From Psammoneis japonica (lineage: Eukaryota): DNA of 43,637 bases. A program made the translations under genes and the position numbers. This document shows positions 1 to 11,276 of this stretch, piece by piece; within the stretch, counting starts at the first letter, position 1, and every line of letters starts with the position of its first letter. The notes below the pieces were generated by a model. The model was not told the origin of the DNA. It did no database searches and saw nothing but the letters and a program-made list of their open reading frames with translations. The stretch covers positions 62,001 to 105,637 of the forward strand of contig QPGO01000237.1 of the NCBI GenBank assembly GCA_008632985.1, read 5' to 3'.

Positions 1-1036
1 TTGAACGGTGACTTGACGTAAAGGCACCAGAGGAAGATCGCTTGTTTCCAGCAGGAGGGGGTGGGAGGTCATGCCTTGACGGCAGAGTGTTCCTTAAAGT
101 GCGTGTGTTGCAATTACGATGGCTCGGGACGGACCTGGCAGACCTGACAGGAGTAGATGTGGTCGATGGAACCGAACGAGAAGTGGCGGAGGAGCCACTG
201 GATGATCAACCAGAAATGGTGGCATGTTGTTTTTGGACGTCGGGCTTCGGAGACTGATGGAAACGACGAGAACCATTCGTTGGGCCATCTAGCGACGGGG
301 AGCCACCCCAGCGAGAACGACCATTGTGTCCTGTGGGATCAGTTGCTGTCACGGGAGAACCAGCGGCAGATGAGCCAGCGGACACAAGGGAAGCAGCAGC
401 AGCATGCCCAGAAATGGCGGGAGCCACATGTTGGTTGCTCAAGCGGGAACGACCATTGTGTCCTGCAGGATTGGTCACCATCACGGGAGAGCCGGCGGCA
501 GAAGAGCTGGCGGCCGCCAGGGAAGCAGCAGCAGCATGCCCAGAAATGGCGGGAGCCACGTGTCAGTCACTCAAGCGGGAATGACCATTGTGTCCTGTAG
601 GACCAGTTGCTGTCACGGGAGAACCGGCGGCAGATGGGCCAGCGGATGCCAGGGAAGCAGCAGCAGCATGCCTGGAAATGGCGGGAGCCACGTGTCGGTC
701 ACTCCAGCGAGAACGACGATGGGATGATGCAGAATCACCAGCTGTTGCGGGAAAATCATTGGCAGATGGGCCAGCAGAAGCAGTGGAACCAGCAGCAGCA
801 GAACCAGCAGTTGCCTTGACTTGGTTGGGGTCACTCCAACGAGAACGACGATGAAGTGAGGGTGCTTTCGTGTTCGTCGAGGGGGAGCCAGCGGCAGACA
901 GGCTTGTGCGGCCAAAAGAAGCAGCAGGACTTGAAACAAAAGCTGGACCCGGAGGTTGGTTCTTTAGCGGTTGGCCCCATCGAGAAAGCCGCTTGGAGTG
1001 ATTGACACGGGTGGGGGCACCACAGCAGTCACTCAT
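1..1036 (-). pseudogene. Disrupted low-complexity Ala/Ser/Pro-rich ORF with repeated RSRW motifs; runs off left edge
   Basis: ATG at 1036 (MSDCCGAPTRVNHSKRLSRW...). One frame runs through ORFs 563..1444 and 206..559, broken by TGA at 563-565 and 206-208. The neighbouring repeat copy has CGA at the position of the 563 stop. Identity unknown. Confidence 0.4.
311..853. repeat. 132-bp (44-codon) tandem repeat, 3 close copies plus 1 diverged
   Basis: Unit starts GCG(A/G)GAA(C/T)GAC at 311, 443, 575 and 707, with a partial at 839. Spacing is exactly 132 bp. Confidence 0.9.
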
Positions 1037-1049
1037 TGCACTGCACCAA

Positions 1050-1525
1050 ACGTCAAAACAGGAACAATGCAAAAAAATACAAAGAGAAAGGATTGGCAGA
1101 AACAAGAAAAAGAAATAGAATGGGCAAAGGAGAGAGCAACGAAAACAAGAAACAACAGAGAAAACAAAAAGAGAGAGCAAGCAAAAATGCAGGCAGCAAG
1201 AAAAAAGAGAGAACAAAGAAGAGAGAGGAAGCAAAAAAGACGAAACAAAGAAGAGAGAGGAAGCAAAAATACAGACAACAAGAAGCAAGAGGAAAGAAAG
1301 AAAGAAGAAAGAGCAAAAAATGACAGATGCAGAGCTGCAACGGCGCCAACCGCACAAAAGCATTGATGGCGCCGAATGGGAAAACACAGTGAAAAAAAAA
1401 AGGAAAGAAAGGCAACAATGAAAGAGGAGCAGTCCTTTTGGCAAAGGACCATTGGATGTGGTGCATCACACCTGAGTAGACTAGAAGAGAGAAGGAAACA
1501 ACAAACAACAAAAGCAACAAGAAAG
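1050..1525. repeat. Purine-rich (A/G) low-complexity tract
   Basis: Dominated by A and G on the + strand, with an internal duplication of ACAAAGAAGAGAGAGGAAGCAAAAA. Confidence 0.75.
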
Positions 1526-1623
1526 GTCGAGTTGTGCAGATACGGTGTGCCGTGTGGATGCAGAGTGATGTTTTTCGTCTACGGCAAAACACTGCTGGTT
1601 CGTGGTAGTAGGTAGTACATGCA

Positions 1624-1664
1624 ATCGCCAACGGAAAATCGCCAACGGACATCGCCAACGGAAA
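1624..1664. repeat. Triple short tandem repeat ATCGCCAACGGA
   Basis: Copies at 1624, 1638 and 1651. Confidence 0.85.
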
Positions 1665-2753
1665 CCATTATATTCATGAATGTTGTTTTAGGCGAACAAA
1701 AGCGTTAACATCCGTTAAAAGGATGTAAGCAAAATTATGTAGGAATATGTACCAGAAGAATAATTAAAGGAAAAAAATGTTCAGTATTATGACACTAAAA
1801 CAAAATAAAGATAATTATTTAAAAGATAAATTATCCATCATGAACATTTTTACACAAATTGTATAAATACACTGGCATTCCTCGCCAAAATGACCGTTGT
1901 CTAATCGGTTTTCGGGCATGTAGTCATTTTATACATTTTGTGTAACTAAGCCACCCGTGGATACACAGAATTAGCGTCTCCTTACCGCTGGATATCTGGA
2001 TTGATTATACTACCTTTTATCGCTGAAGACTTACATTCAACGGTTATATCCAAGTCTATCCTTGATCCTCATCCCTTCATATACCCATTCAACGGTTAAC
2101 GGTCAAGAACCCTACATATTCAAGGATCTTCGTCGCTGAAGACATATATATATATCATCACGGCCAAGAACTTGAACCCACTCTTTGGACTCCGGCTTTG
2201 CTACCACTCTACAAGCACACCGAGTCTATTGTACCTGATCTACCCCGGACTACTGGTGCTCTACAGTTCTACCAGGTCCACGAGGACGACTGTGAGAGCA
2301 AGTAGCCGTGATTACAGCCTGCATTGGGGCGAGGGTGTTTTCCCACATGTGTTCGTTCGTCCACAGCGCCTAACGCCTACGTCAACTGGCCAGCCTGATC
2401 AAGAAATCCAACCGATATAAAATAAGAACGGTTTGGGGGTCTTGTCCACCTCTAGTCAGCTTACCTGCAGGGGTTTACAACCTGCTTCTCCGCTCGTAAG
2501 CAACCCAAAGCGCCACTGGCTGCAGGTGCGGACGTGCCGGCACAACTCTACGGACCGGATAGGAAGTTCAGCACATAACTACGAACGGGATAGCACAACC
2601 ACGCGACTTCTGATTTTAAGACAGTCCAAGATTTCAAGTCAAGTCCAGCTCAAGTCAAGTCTTTTTCAAGCCAAGTTCCAAGTCAAAACTCCGAGTCAAG
2701 ATCACGCTCTAGATTGGTTCCTGTCTTTTGTTTCTACTGCACCGTCCTCCGTC

Positions 2754-5186
2754 ATGGTTCTCACGTGACAGCAACAAACCAAAAGCTTTAAATACATTCT
2801 AGACACTGTGCTCAATCAAGATGATGACAGCCCTCTTCGTTCTGCCCTGTCCATCCACGGGATTGAATCATGTGAGGAATTGTTCACGTTCTTACCCACC
2901 CAAATTGATGCCCTCACTTACAGAGACGGCGCCAATGCAATGCCTTTGCCACGGACCCACAGAAACCTCCTGGCAGCTTTGATCAGCTTCTACTTTGTCA
3001 AAGTTTGCAACGGTGATGATGTGATCAATGAACCCCAGTTACTCACACCCGAGGAATTTCGCAACTACCGCCTTGGTCCGGACTACTTGACCTCTCTAGC
3101 TGCTGGCGCAGCACCCTCCGCACCTGTGCCGAGTCCCTTGCCATCCAAACCAGGTGAACGCAGTGCCATTTTGACACCAGCCTTGCACTGTGCCACCACT
3201 CAGGTGTCCCCTAGACGTGGTGTCAGTCGTGCCCCGCATGTCTTGACCAACCCGCCTGCAAGCAACCTCGGCCCAGTGCAGGATTGCAGCCCTTGCACAG
3301 GCCCACACTTCGAGACCAGTTGGGACACTCCACCCATGGCTTCCAAAGCTGCAGCCTTTGCACCCCACAAACCACATGCTGCCAACCTCCACGTGTCGAC
3401 CCCTGTCACCCTTCACAGTCTTGGTTTGGGAAGTGATGGAGATGACAACTTGCTTCTCGCATCTCCTGATGGGGAGCCTCCTTTTCCCGTCATTGAATCT
3501 GTTCACAACAGTTCAACCGGTTCATCAGATGGGGAGTTCAGGACATCCAAGCAGCTTCGTTGTCTTCAGATCCTCCAAGCATCACACCACGAGACGAGGC
3601 CTCCTGATTGGATGCCCCAAGTCTCGCACCTTGAGACCAGGCCTCCTGACCGGATGCCCCAAGTCTCGTACCTCGAGACCAGGCCTCCTGACTGGATGCC
3701 CCAAGTCTCGTACCTCGAGACTAGGCCTCCTGATTGGATGCCTCAAGTCTCGTGCCTTGAGACTGCGCCTCCTGGTTGGATCCCCCAAGTCTCGTACCTC
3801 GAGACCAGGTCCCCTGATTGGATGTCCCAAGTCTCGTACCTCGAGACTAGGCCTCCTGATTGGATGCCTCAAGTCTCGTGCCTCGAGACTGGGCCTCCTG
3901 ATTGGATGCCCCAAGTCTCACACCTTGAGACCAGGCATCCTGATTGGATGCCTCAAGTCTCGTGCCTCGAGACTGGGCCTCCTGGTTGGATCCCCCAAGT
4001 CTCGTACCTCGAGACTGGGCCTCCTGATTGGATGCCCCAAGTCTCGTACCTCGAGACCAGGTCTCCTGATTGGATGTCCCAAGTCTCGTACCTCGAGACC
4101 AGGCCTCCTGATTGGATGCCTCAAGTCTTGTGCCTCGAGACTGGGCCTCCTGGTTGGATCCCCCAAGTCTCGTACCTCAAGACCAGGTCTCCTGAATGGA
4201 TGTCCCAAGTCTCGCACCTCGAGACTGGGCGTCCTGATTGGATGCCTCAAGTCTCGTGCCTCGAGACTGGGCCTCCTGGTTGGATCCCCCAAGTCTCGCA
4301 CCTCGAGACTAGGCCTCCTGATCAGATGCCTCAAGTCTCGTACATCGAGACTGGGCCTCCTGATCGGATGCCCCAAGTCTCGTGCCTTGAGACCAGGCCA
4401 CCCAACTGGACTCTCCACGTCTCGTGCCTCGAGACCGGGCCTCCCAATTGGATCCTCCACGTCTCGTACCTCAAGACTCGGCCTCCGGATTGGATCCCTC
4501 AAGTCTTGTGCCACGAGACTCGGCCTCCTGATTGGATCCCCCAAGTCTCGCACCTCAAGACTTGGCCTCCTGATTGGATCCCCGAAGACTCGTGTCACAA
4601 GACTGGCAAGTCCTTTTGGATCCCAGAAGTCTTGCAGCATGGGACTGGTTGCCCCAATCAGACATCTGCAGCCTTGCACCACAAGATGTCTTGCTCCAAT
4701 CCGATCCCCGAAGGCTTGCACCTTGAGACTCGTTTCTCCAATTGGATCAGTCTCTCAGGAGATGCAGCTGAGCTTGCAATCGGATTGGTGGAACACAAGA
4801 CCACCGCTTGTGCCTTTGAACTCATGCTTGCTCTGTTCCCCGAGTCGTGCAAATGCCATGCCACCCTGCACGAGCACTGCTCTGTTTTTCTAGCAGCAGC
4901 CCAGTGTGGCAACCGTTCCAAGAACCAACAGACGGCCATCAGTCTTTACGACCTTTGCTCAGGAAGTGAAGGCGATGTCAACTTGTTTGCATTGTCCTGC
5001 GATGTTGCCCCGCCGTTCAACATTGTCAACCAGACCAAGCTTTGCTCCTTCCATTGCAAGTGCGGCTGTGGAATCCCGCAAGATCCCAAGTGTGCCTTGA
5101 GCTTTGAAAAGCACAACGGCATCTGCAATTGGGGAGACGCAGCTCATCTCAAGATGACCCACTTGGAGAATGCAACGTTGCTCTAG
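2754..5186 (+). pseudogene. Gag-N / pol-fragment / 14-aa repeat fusion ORF (810 codons, one CGA->TGA stop at codon 5)
   Basis: MVLT*QQQT aligns to MVLTRQQQT of copia A. Internal patches match copia A (SCEELFTF, LGSDGDDNL, PDGEPP...DGEFRT, NQTKLCSF...WGDA). Confidence 0.75.
3591..4750 (+). repeat. 42-bp coding tandem repeat (ETRPPDWMPQVSYL), ~24 conserved plus ~4 degenerate units
   Basis: Unit GAGACCAGGCCTCCTGATTGGATGCCCCAAGTCTCGTACCTC. Copies counted from the translation. Confidence 0.95.
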
Positions 5187-5294
5187 GATCTTGATCCTTT
5201 CTTGTCTCCTCATGTTTTGGTGCTTTGACTCCAAAGTTCTTCAGTCCATCCGAAGTCGAATCTGTTTCTGTGACTCCTCAAGCAAACTGGGGAG

Positions 5295-5570
5295 TGACAG
5301 GATTTGAACAGGATTTAGGTGCGTGCGAAATGTCGCGCGCTGTTTAGTTTACCGCGCACAGTTTTGTGTGCTTTAGTTCCACGCGTTCGCGCGCGATGCA
5401 GTTTGCTTTCGAGCCACAAGGCTCACAAGAATAACAACAGCAGCCCAATTACACCGACTTGCACGTCTTTCGGCTCCTGCAACGGTCTCTGAGCAGAGAC
5501 TCATCTGCTGTTTAGACAGCAGCAAGGAGTCATTGTTTGAATTCTTGCCATTTGCCTTCAATTTCTGTCA
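5295..5570 (+). repeat. 3' LTR of element A' (276 bp, TG...CA)
   Basis: TGACAGGATTTG...TTTCTGTCA, preceded by GGGGAG. Colinear with the LTRs at 21589 and 28420. Confidence 0.95.
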
Positions 5571-5990
5571 GTGAATGCCAACTTCACTGTCCCCACCCCT
5601 GTTGCAATGTCCTCCATGGAATCTGAGTGGATGGGCACCTGTGCCAGAGCGATGGCTGTGGCTCACCTTTGCATGTTGGCATGCTGCTTCACCCACCTGG
5701 GCACCAGGAACTGCTCCGTCTCATCCCAACAACTCTCTGGTGCTCCCACCATTCTCCTGTTGGACAACAAGGCAGCTGTTCAGATGAGCATCAATGACCA
5801 GCAGACCAAACGCACACGCCACATTGAGCGATGTTGCCAACATGTCCAAGAGGGGTGCCAGGGTGCAGTCATCATGTCCTTGTTTGGATCCCAGCAGAAT
5901 CTCAACTCTTGGATGTTCTCACAAAAACTCAGGCCACCAAGAAGATCTGGATCATGACAGATTGTGCTCTTTGGCATCTCCTTGCACATG
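5571..5990 (+). mobile_element. Decayed Ty1/copia RNase H remnant (different, older family)
   Basis: PVAMSSMESEW, LLDNKAAV, TKRTRHIER and WIPAESQLLDVLTK resemble copia RH motifs. Confidence 0.75.
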
Positions 5991-7989
5991 ACCTCCTGAC
6001 TTCATCCCATGTTCCACCATTCAATTCAAGGGCAGGAACAGGAACCGAACATTGTCATGGTTGTCACCCACCATTGTCAAAAGCCAACCGTTGTCAAGGT
6101 CGCCATTAGAATGATCTCATGGCTGAACATTGCACAAAGTCCGCTAAAAGTGACTGAGCTGTTTTTCATGTGGGAATGATTTTTTTATGAAATCTGCTCC
6201 ATGCTCATTGACTGTTTTCAATCAGTTCTTGGTTCAGAGACTGGCTCTGAACCTCTCACAATGTCCAAAACACTCTTTTGTGTGTTGCATTGACTTTCTC
6301 TAGTTTGCTCTGCCAGCTAGCCTTGCCGTTTGGCACAGGATTCATCACCCTTCGTTCCCTTCAGTTGGACCCACTTGAGTCTCATTTCCTGCCAGTTTGA
6401 CAATGTGATGTCAGTCTATGACATCGGAGCAGAATTTTTGGAGTTGTTTGACAAAAGCAACTGTTCGTGTGCAACACATGCCTTTTTGGGATTGGAATGG
6501 ACTTTTCTTCATTTCAAGATTGACAGACAGACTGTGCACCAAGTGGAATTAATTTGATGTCACGCGACGCTGCGGCGCAGTCATTGCAGCAACAGAGTGT
6601 TCACCATGTTGTTCTCATTGCACATGATGCGACACATGGATGCATTGGCAAGAATCGCTGCTCAGAATGGGAATCAAAGTTCTGCTGAAGCAGCTCCCTG
6701 GAGGACAACACATGAAAGCAAAATTCTTGTCCTTCACCAACCTCAGAAACCAGCAGACTACAGCTCACCAGTGCAATTGCATTCCTTTGTGCCGATTGGC
6801 ACAGCAAGCAATTCTGTGCTGGGAATTTCACTCTTTCACTGCAGGAGCTTCACAAGTCGGTGGATGTTTTTTTGCACTCTGTTCTCAAGTGTGACATCAG
6901 CTGTGAAAAGTCAGCACAAGAAAGAATCAGAAAACAGACAGGAGCCCATTGAGCACCATGGATCGATGAGTGGTCAAAACATGCCCAAAAAAAGCAAAGC
7001 AGGTGTGAATTCAGGCTCGAAAACATTTGGTCTCATCAGCCCCATGATTGCTCGTTGAGGTGGTGGGGGGAAGCTCTAATTGTCAAGGAATGTCCACTGA
7101 CTCAAGCTGGTTTTTGTTCATGAAGACAAGTGACAAAGCAATCCAAGATGCTTGGATTGGAGAGTGGTGGTGGCAGTTCTCCTTTGTCACTGTAACCTGC
7201 TTTGACATGGACCTTTGCTGGATTTTGGTGATGCCATCTGCAGTTCAATGTCCGATGACAAGTGTTCAGCATCATGTTGCCGCACCACTTTGCTTGATCA
7301 CACCATGCTTGACACCTGAGCATCAATGGCTGATGGGGGCATGCATGAGTGTGGAGATCAATGCAGGGTTCTTGATTTCATGGTGAGTCTTCAACAAACA
7401 GGGTTTTCCTCTGTGGACACAACTGATTTGCCTCCCTTCTTCCGATTAGGATCAAGCTGACATCATTCTTTTTCCAACTGACCTGGATCTCCATTCGATG
7501 CATGTTGTTGCATCCCTGTCTGCTGGTTGAATTCGTCAACATGTGGCAAGCACTCTCGCGGAAAGTGGGAACAAAGCTAAAGGTTTTCGCCATTTTGACA
7601 CCTTTGCATTTCCTCCATTGCATCCTCAATTCAAGTGGACTTGTGACGTGATCATGTCCCAAATGCGATGGTTTACAAAACAAGGGATCAAACCTCCGCA
7701 AGACGTCTCCAAGGGCATGTAGAAGCAGTCTGCATTCTGATTGCAATGGAATAATTCTCAATTTTAACAGTGTGTTGTTGCCACGTAGAAGATGCTTTGT
7801 TTGACTTTGCTGCAAGCTTGTTGTTGACTTCTGCCCACCCTGGATTGTTGACTTGGCTTCATCGAGTTCCGCCTGTAATCACAACACGTCTCAATTGGTG
7901 TTGTTGGTCTGCTAAATCCATGCAGTTCTGATTTGAGTGACTGACACAAGTCATCATCACCCCCAAAAACCTGGTCCTTGTTTGTTTTG

Positions 7990-8864
7990 TCAACATTCGG
8001 TCATTTCACAATGACGCCCATCTGCAACAATTGATGCACAGCATGAACCTCAAGATCAATTGCACGTGTGTGCTTCCTTGTCCCGCACTGGCAAATGAGC
8101 AACCAGCCAGGCATTCTAACACATGCATTGAGTGCAGCATTTGAACAGTTAAACCCACTGCGGCTGAAAAGAGTTCAATGATTGAAACCTTGCAGTCATC
8201 CAAAGCTGTTGCCATTCTATCCCCGGGCAACGCCTTGAGCACAGTCACCAACAAGTGGGCAACCATCATCCCATCTGGAGTTTCTGAATCAACAAGATCC
8301 ATCAGTGAAGAAGCATGGGCCACACCGTCTCCACCTCCTGTGACGAGATAGTGTCCACATGCACCCCACGACAGTGCCATCACTGATCGATGATGCCCAC
8401 GAACTGTGCGAAGCAAGGACCCTCCCAAGGCACTCCATGCATTGCAGACTCCTGAGGTGCCACCTCCCACAATGTAATTGCTGCATTTTGAAATGACAAG
8501 GCCTGCAGATGGATTTGATTCCAGCAGCAGTCGACGCTTCCAATGCACAAATGGTGACAGCGGTGCTCAACGTAGTGACAACAGCATGCCACAGGCATTT
8601 TCCTTTCTTTGACCAACACTGCAGAACAACAAAAAAGAGTTTGCACACTGCAGGAAGAGAAACTGGTTGGAAAAGAAGAAAGATGCAACATTCCCAAAGC
8701 AGATTTACTTGCGGTGCCATCAGCTCCACCTGCCATCCGAAAAGAGGACAGAACAGAGCCGTGTGTGGACAGAGCAACACAACGGATGCTCCCCCACCTC
8801 CAGCCGTCAATGAGGTTGTTGGCTTTGAAGTCGAAACGCAAATGGCAAATTGACTGAATGTCAT
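7990..8864 (-). pseudogene. Frameshifted WD40-repeat gene, WDR18/IPI3-like
   Basis: YIVGGGTSG...W...G.LLRTVRGHHRSVMALSW..CGHYLVTGGGDG is the WD40 pattern typical of WDR18/Ipi3. The N-terminus (ATG 8864) is in other frames. The 3' limit is uncertain. Confidence 0.6.
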
Positions 8865-9533
8865 GACGATTATGTTGTAGCATATTACGCAAGAATGGCT
8901 TTTTGTTTTTTGTCCACAAGGCCAACAGGAAGACGAAACATGCCAAAATGATTTCCTGTCCGTCAAACGAGGATGCCAAGAACGGCCATGAATGACACAG
9001 CATCCCTGATTTTGACAGACTACTGGGTAAATGCAATTACTGTCACCTCTCGCACCCTTGAAAGTTGACTCGCTGAACAAAACCAAGTCCAGCAGTGCAC
9101 CGTGCACCGTCAGGGACACCAAGAGCTCTTGCCAGTTCTGCATGAGTCCCAACGGAGCTGAAGTTGACAACGCTCATTCTTCTTTTGTAACACACAAAGC
9201 CGCGTTATGTACAATTTACCGTGTTCTGTAGGAAGGCGGTGATTGGTCTTCGAGGTGTGGCTGCTGTTACCATCATTTGTGTTGTTCGCCATTGATGTTT
9301 GATGCAGACGCAAGGAAGAAATTTGAGTTGTTATTCTTCCGCATGACGTACAGTCTGTCCGTACCCAGGCAAAAATCTTGAAATGAAGGAAGGTCTGCGA
9401 TACTTGTACTTACCGTGTATGAAAGGATGCTGAGGATGCTCCAACTTAGCTCTACTCTACTTCAGTAGAGAGAGAGTAGAGTAGAGACTACTGCAGCTGC
9501 CCTTTCCCTCAATAAGAAGCTACCTTGCTCAGA

Positions 9534-11276
9534 ATGGGCACCTTTGCGGAAGTGGGATCTAGCATATTGCTGTTTACCCTGGTGTTTGGAATGTCCGCAA
9601 CCGTGGATGTTGCGCATCTTCGGAAGCAACTTCGGAATAGGAATGCACTCCTGACTGGAATATCTTTGCAGTTTGTCCTTTTGCCGTTCCTTGGCTTTTT
9701 GGTGGTTAAAGTCCTCAAGATGAGTGCCCCTATGGGGATTTCCCTTTTGGTAGTTACAAGTAGTCCTGGGGGTAGCTATTCCAATTGGTAAGATGGCCTC
9801 TTATGGACGTGGGTTAGTGTTTGACTGCGGCTCATCAGCACTGTGGTATCTTGTTGTCGCCAGGTGGTGTTCCATGTTCAATGCCGATTTGGCGCTCTCG
9901 GTGACAATGACTGCTATCTCAACGCTGCTCTCGGTCATTATGCTCCCTGTTAATCTCGTCATATACGCAGCTAGCTCATACAGTTCTGCTGTGGTTAAGA
10001 GTTTAGATTGGTATGCGCTTTTCCTTTCGATTGTTGTTGTAATTGGAGGAATTTCCTCTGGTTTGATATGTTCTGCCAAGATCAAATCCCGCAAATTTAA
10101 TCTGTTAGCTAACAAGGTAAGTCCGTTTGTTAGTGGTGCTCAAAACAGCCTGGATTATGTCGATGCTCTGCGTTAAACAAATGTACCGTACTTTATATGA
10201 ATCCGTAGCTGGGGAATGTCGCTGGGGTTTCCCTTGTCACGTACTCAGTTTTAGTGTCCAGTTCTGATCACCGATCTCAAGTTTGGGATCAGAACCTCAC
10301 ATTTTATGTTGCTATTGCATCTCCCTGTGTCGTTGGTCTTTGTATCGCGACCTGGATGACATCCCAACTTAAATTGGACAAGCCCGAACGTGTGTAAGTA
10401 TTTCGTGTCGTGAAGGCGTGCAGCTATCGTTGTCTACGTCTCACAATCCCCTTTATTCGGTGATTATCTTAAAGTGCTGTGGCCGTGGAATCCTGTTACC
10501 AGAACACGGGCATTGCTACGTCTGTCGCGATCAACATGTTCCAAGGAGATGATCTTGCAGTCGCTGTCGGCGTGCCTCTTTTTTACGGTGTTTGTGAAGC
10601 CGTTGTGTTAGCAGTCTACTGTCTCGGAAGCTGGAAGTTAGGATGGACGAAAGCTCCGAGGGATGAGAAGTTTTGTGTTGTATTGACTACGTCCTATGAG
10701 GTCGAGGAGGCCGAACGCCACGCCCCGAATGCGATTGAAGTGGTGCTCGGCTTTCGGAAGGAAGGGTTACCGGCGGATCTAGTTTTTTCCGCTATCGACG
10801 AAGGTTACGAAATCGACGAAGTATCTCTCCACTCAATAACTGCAAGTTGTGCCACTGAGTATGTTCACAAGGATCCCCGTGCTGAAAGGACGGCTGACGA
10901 GACGTCTTCTCCCATTGTAGCTGCAAGGGAAGTCGAAATAACGGATGATGAGGTGTCTCCTGCCTTTTCAACTGAGGGATCAGAAGTCGGTGTTCACGGT
11001 AGGATGATGGGAAGAACCTATTCACCACTTGAAACTGAATGCTGCAAAGAGGAAACGGTTGTGCATGACGTAGCACTCTCCGCGAAAGCGACTGTAGCTT
11101 CCAATGAGATTGGAAGTAGTTCTTCAAGTCGCTTTGGAAGGGTCGTAGCGTCTTTTCGTGCCCGTGGTTCAAGTAAATACCCGTACAAAATGGCTTCGGA
11201 TGATGAAGCTGGTGAAGTTTGCCAGGCCTCCGGTTCTCATATCGAAGAGCAGCAGCGCATTCATGTCAGTAAATGA
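9534..11276 (+). CDS. Bile acid:sodium symporter (SLC10/BASS) family transporter, 497 aa; join(9534..9787,9864..10116,10209..10393,10475..11276)
   Basis: Motifs LVFGM, QFVLLPFLGF, SPGGSYSNWW, ADLALSVTMT and ESCYQNTGIA. Three GTAAG...AG introns (76, 92, 81 bp) join into a continuous 1494-nt frame. Confidence 0.92.

Larger units (their letters stand above)
1976..5570 (+). mobile_element. 5'-truncated non-autonomous derivative (A') of copia family A
   Basis: 1976-~2640 is near-identical to the reverse complement of the copia A 5'UTR (from 28247). It ends with PPT GGGGAG plus a 276-bp LTR matching copia A. No 5' LTR or PBS, and no intact PR/IN/RT/RH. Confidence 0.9.

Noticed and set aside
971..1658. 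Lys/Arg/Glu-rich and Phe/Leu/Cys-rich ORFs
   Set aside because: Translations of a purine-rich low-complexity tract that is open in several frames.
2172..2420. Conserved uORF shared with 27797..27988
   Set aside because: No ATG. The similarity simply reflects nucleotide identity of the two 5'UTRs.
3591..4750. CRISPR-like array (regular palindromic repeats)
   Set aside because: No unique spacers and no cas genes. It is a codon-phased tandem repeat in a eukaryotic retroelement.
3358..4893. 511-aa alternative-frame ORF and antisense ORFs over the repeat
   Set aside because: A 42-bp stop-poor unit opens several frames. Only the 2754 frame links to Gag homology.
6100..7990. Possible further gene or TE
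   Set aside because: TpA/CpG-poor, but I could not recognise any motif. Left unassigned.
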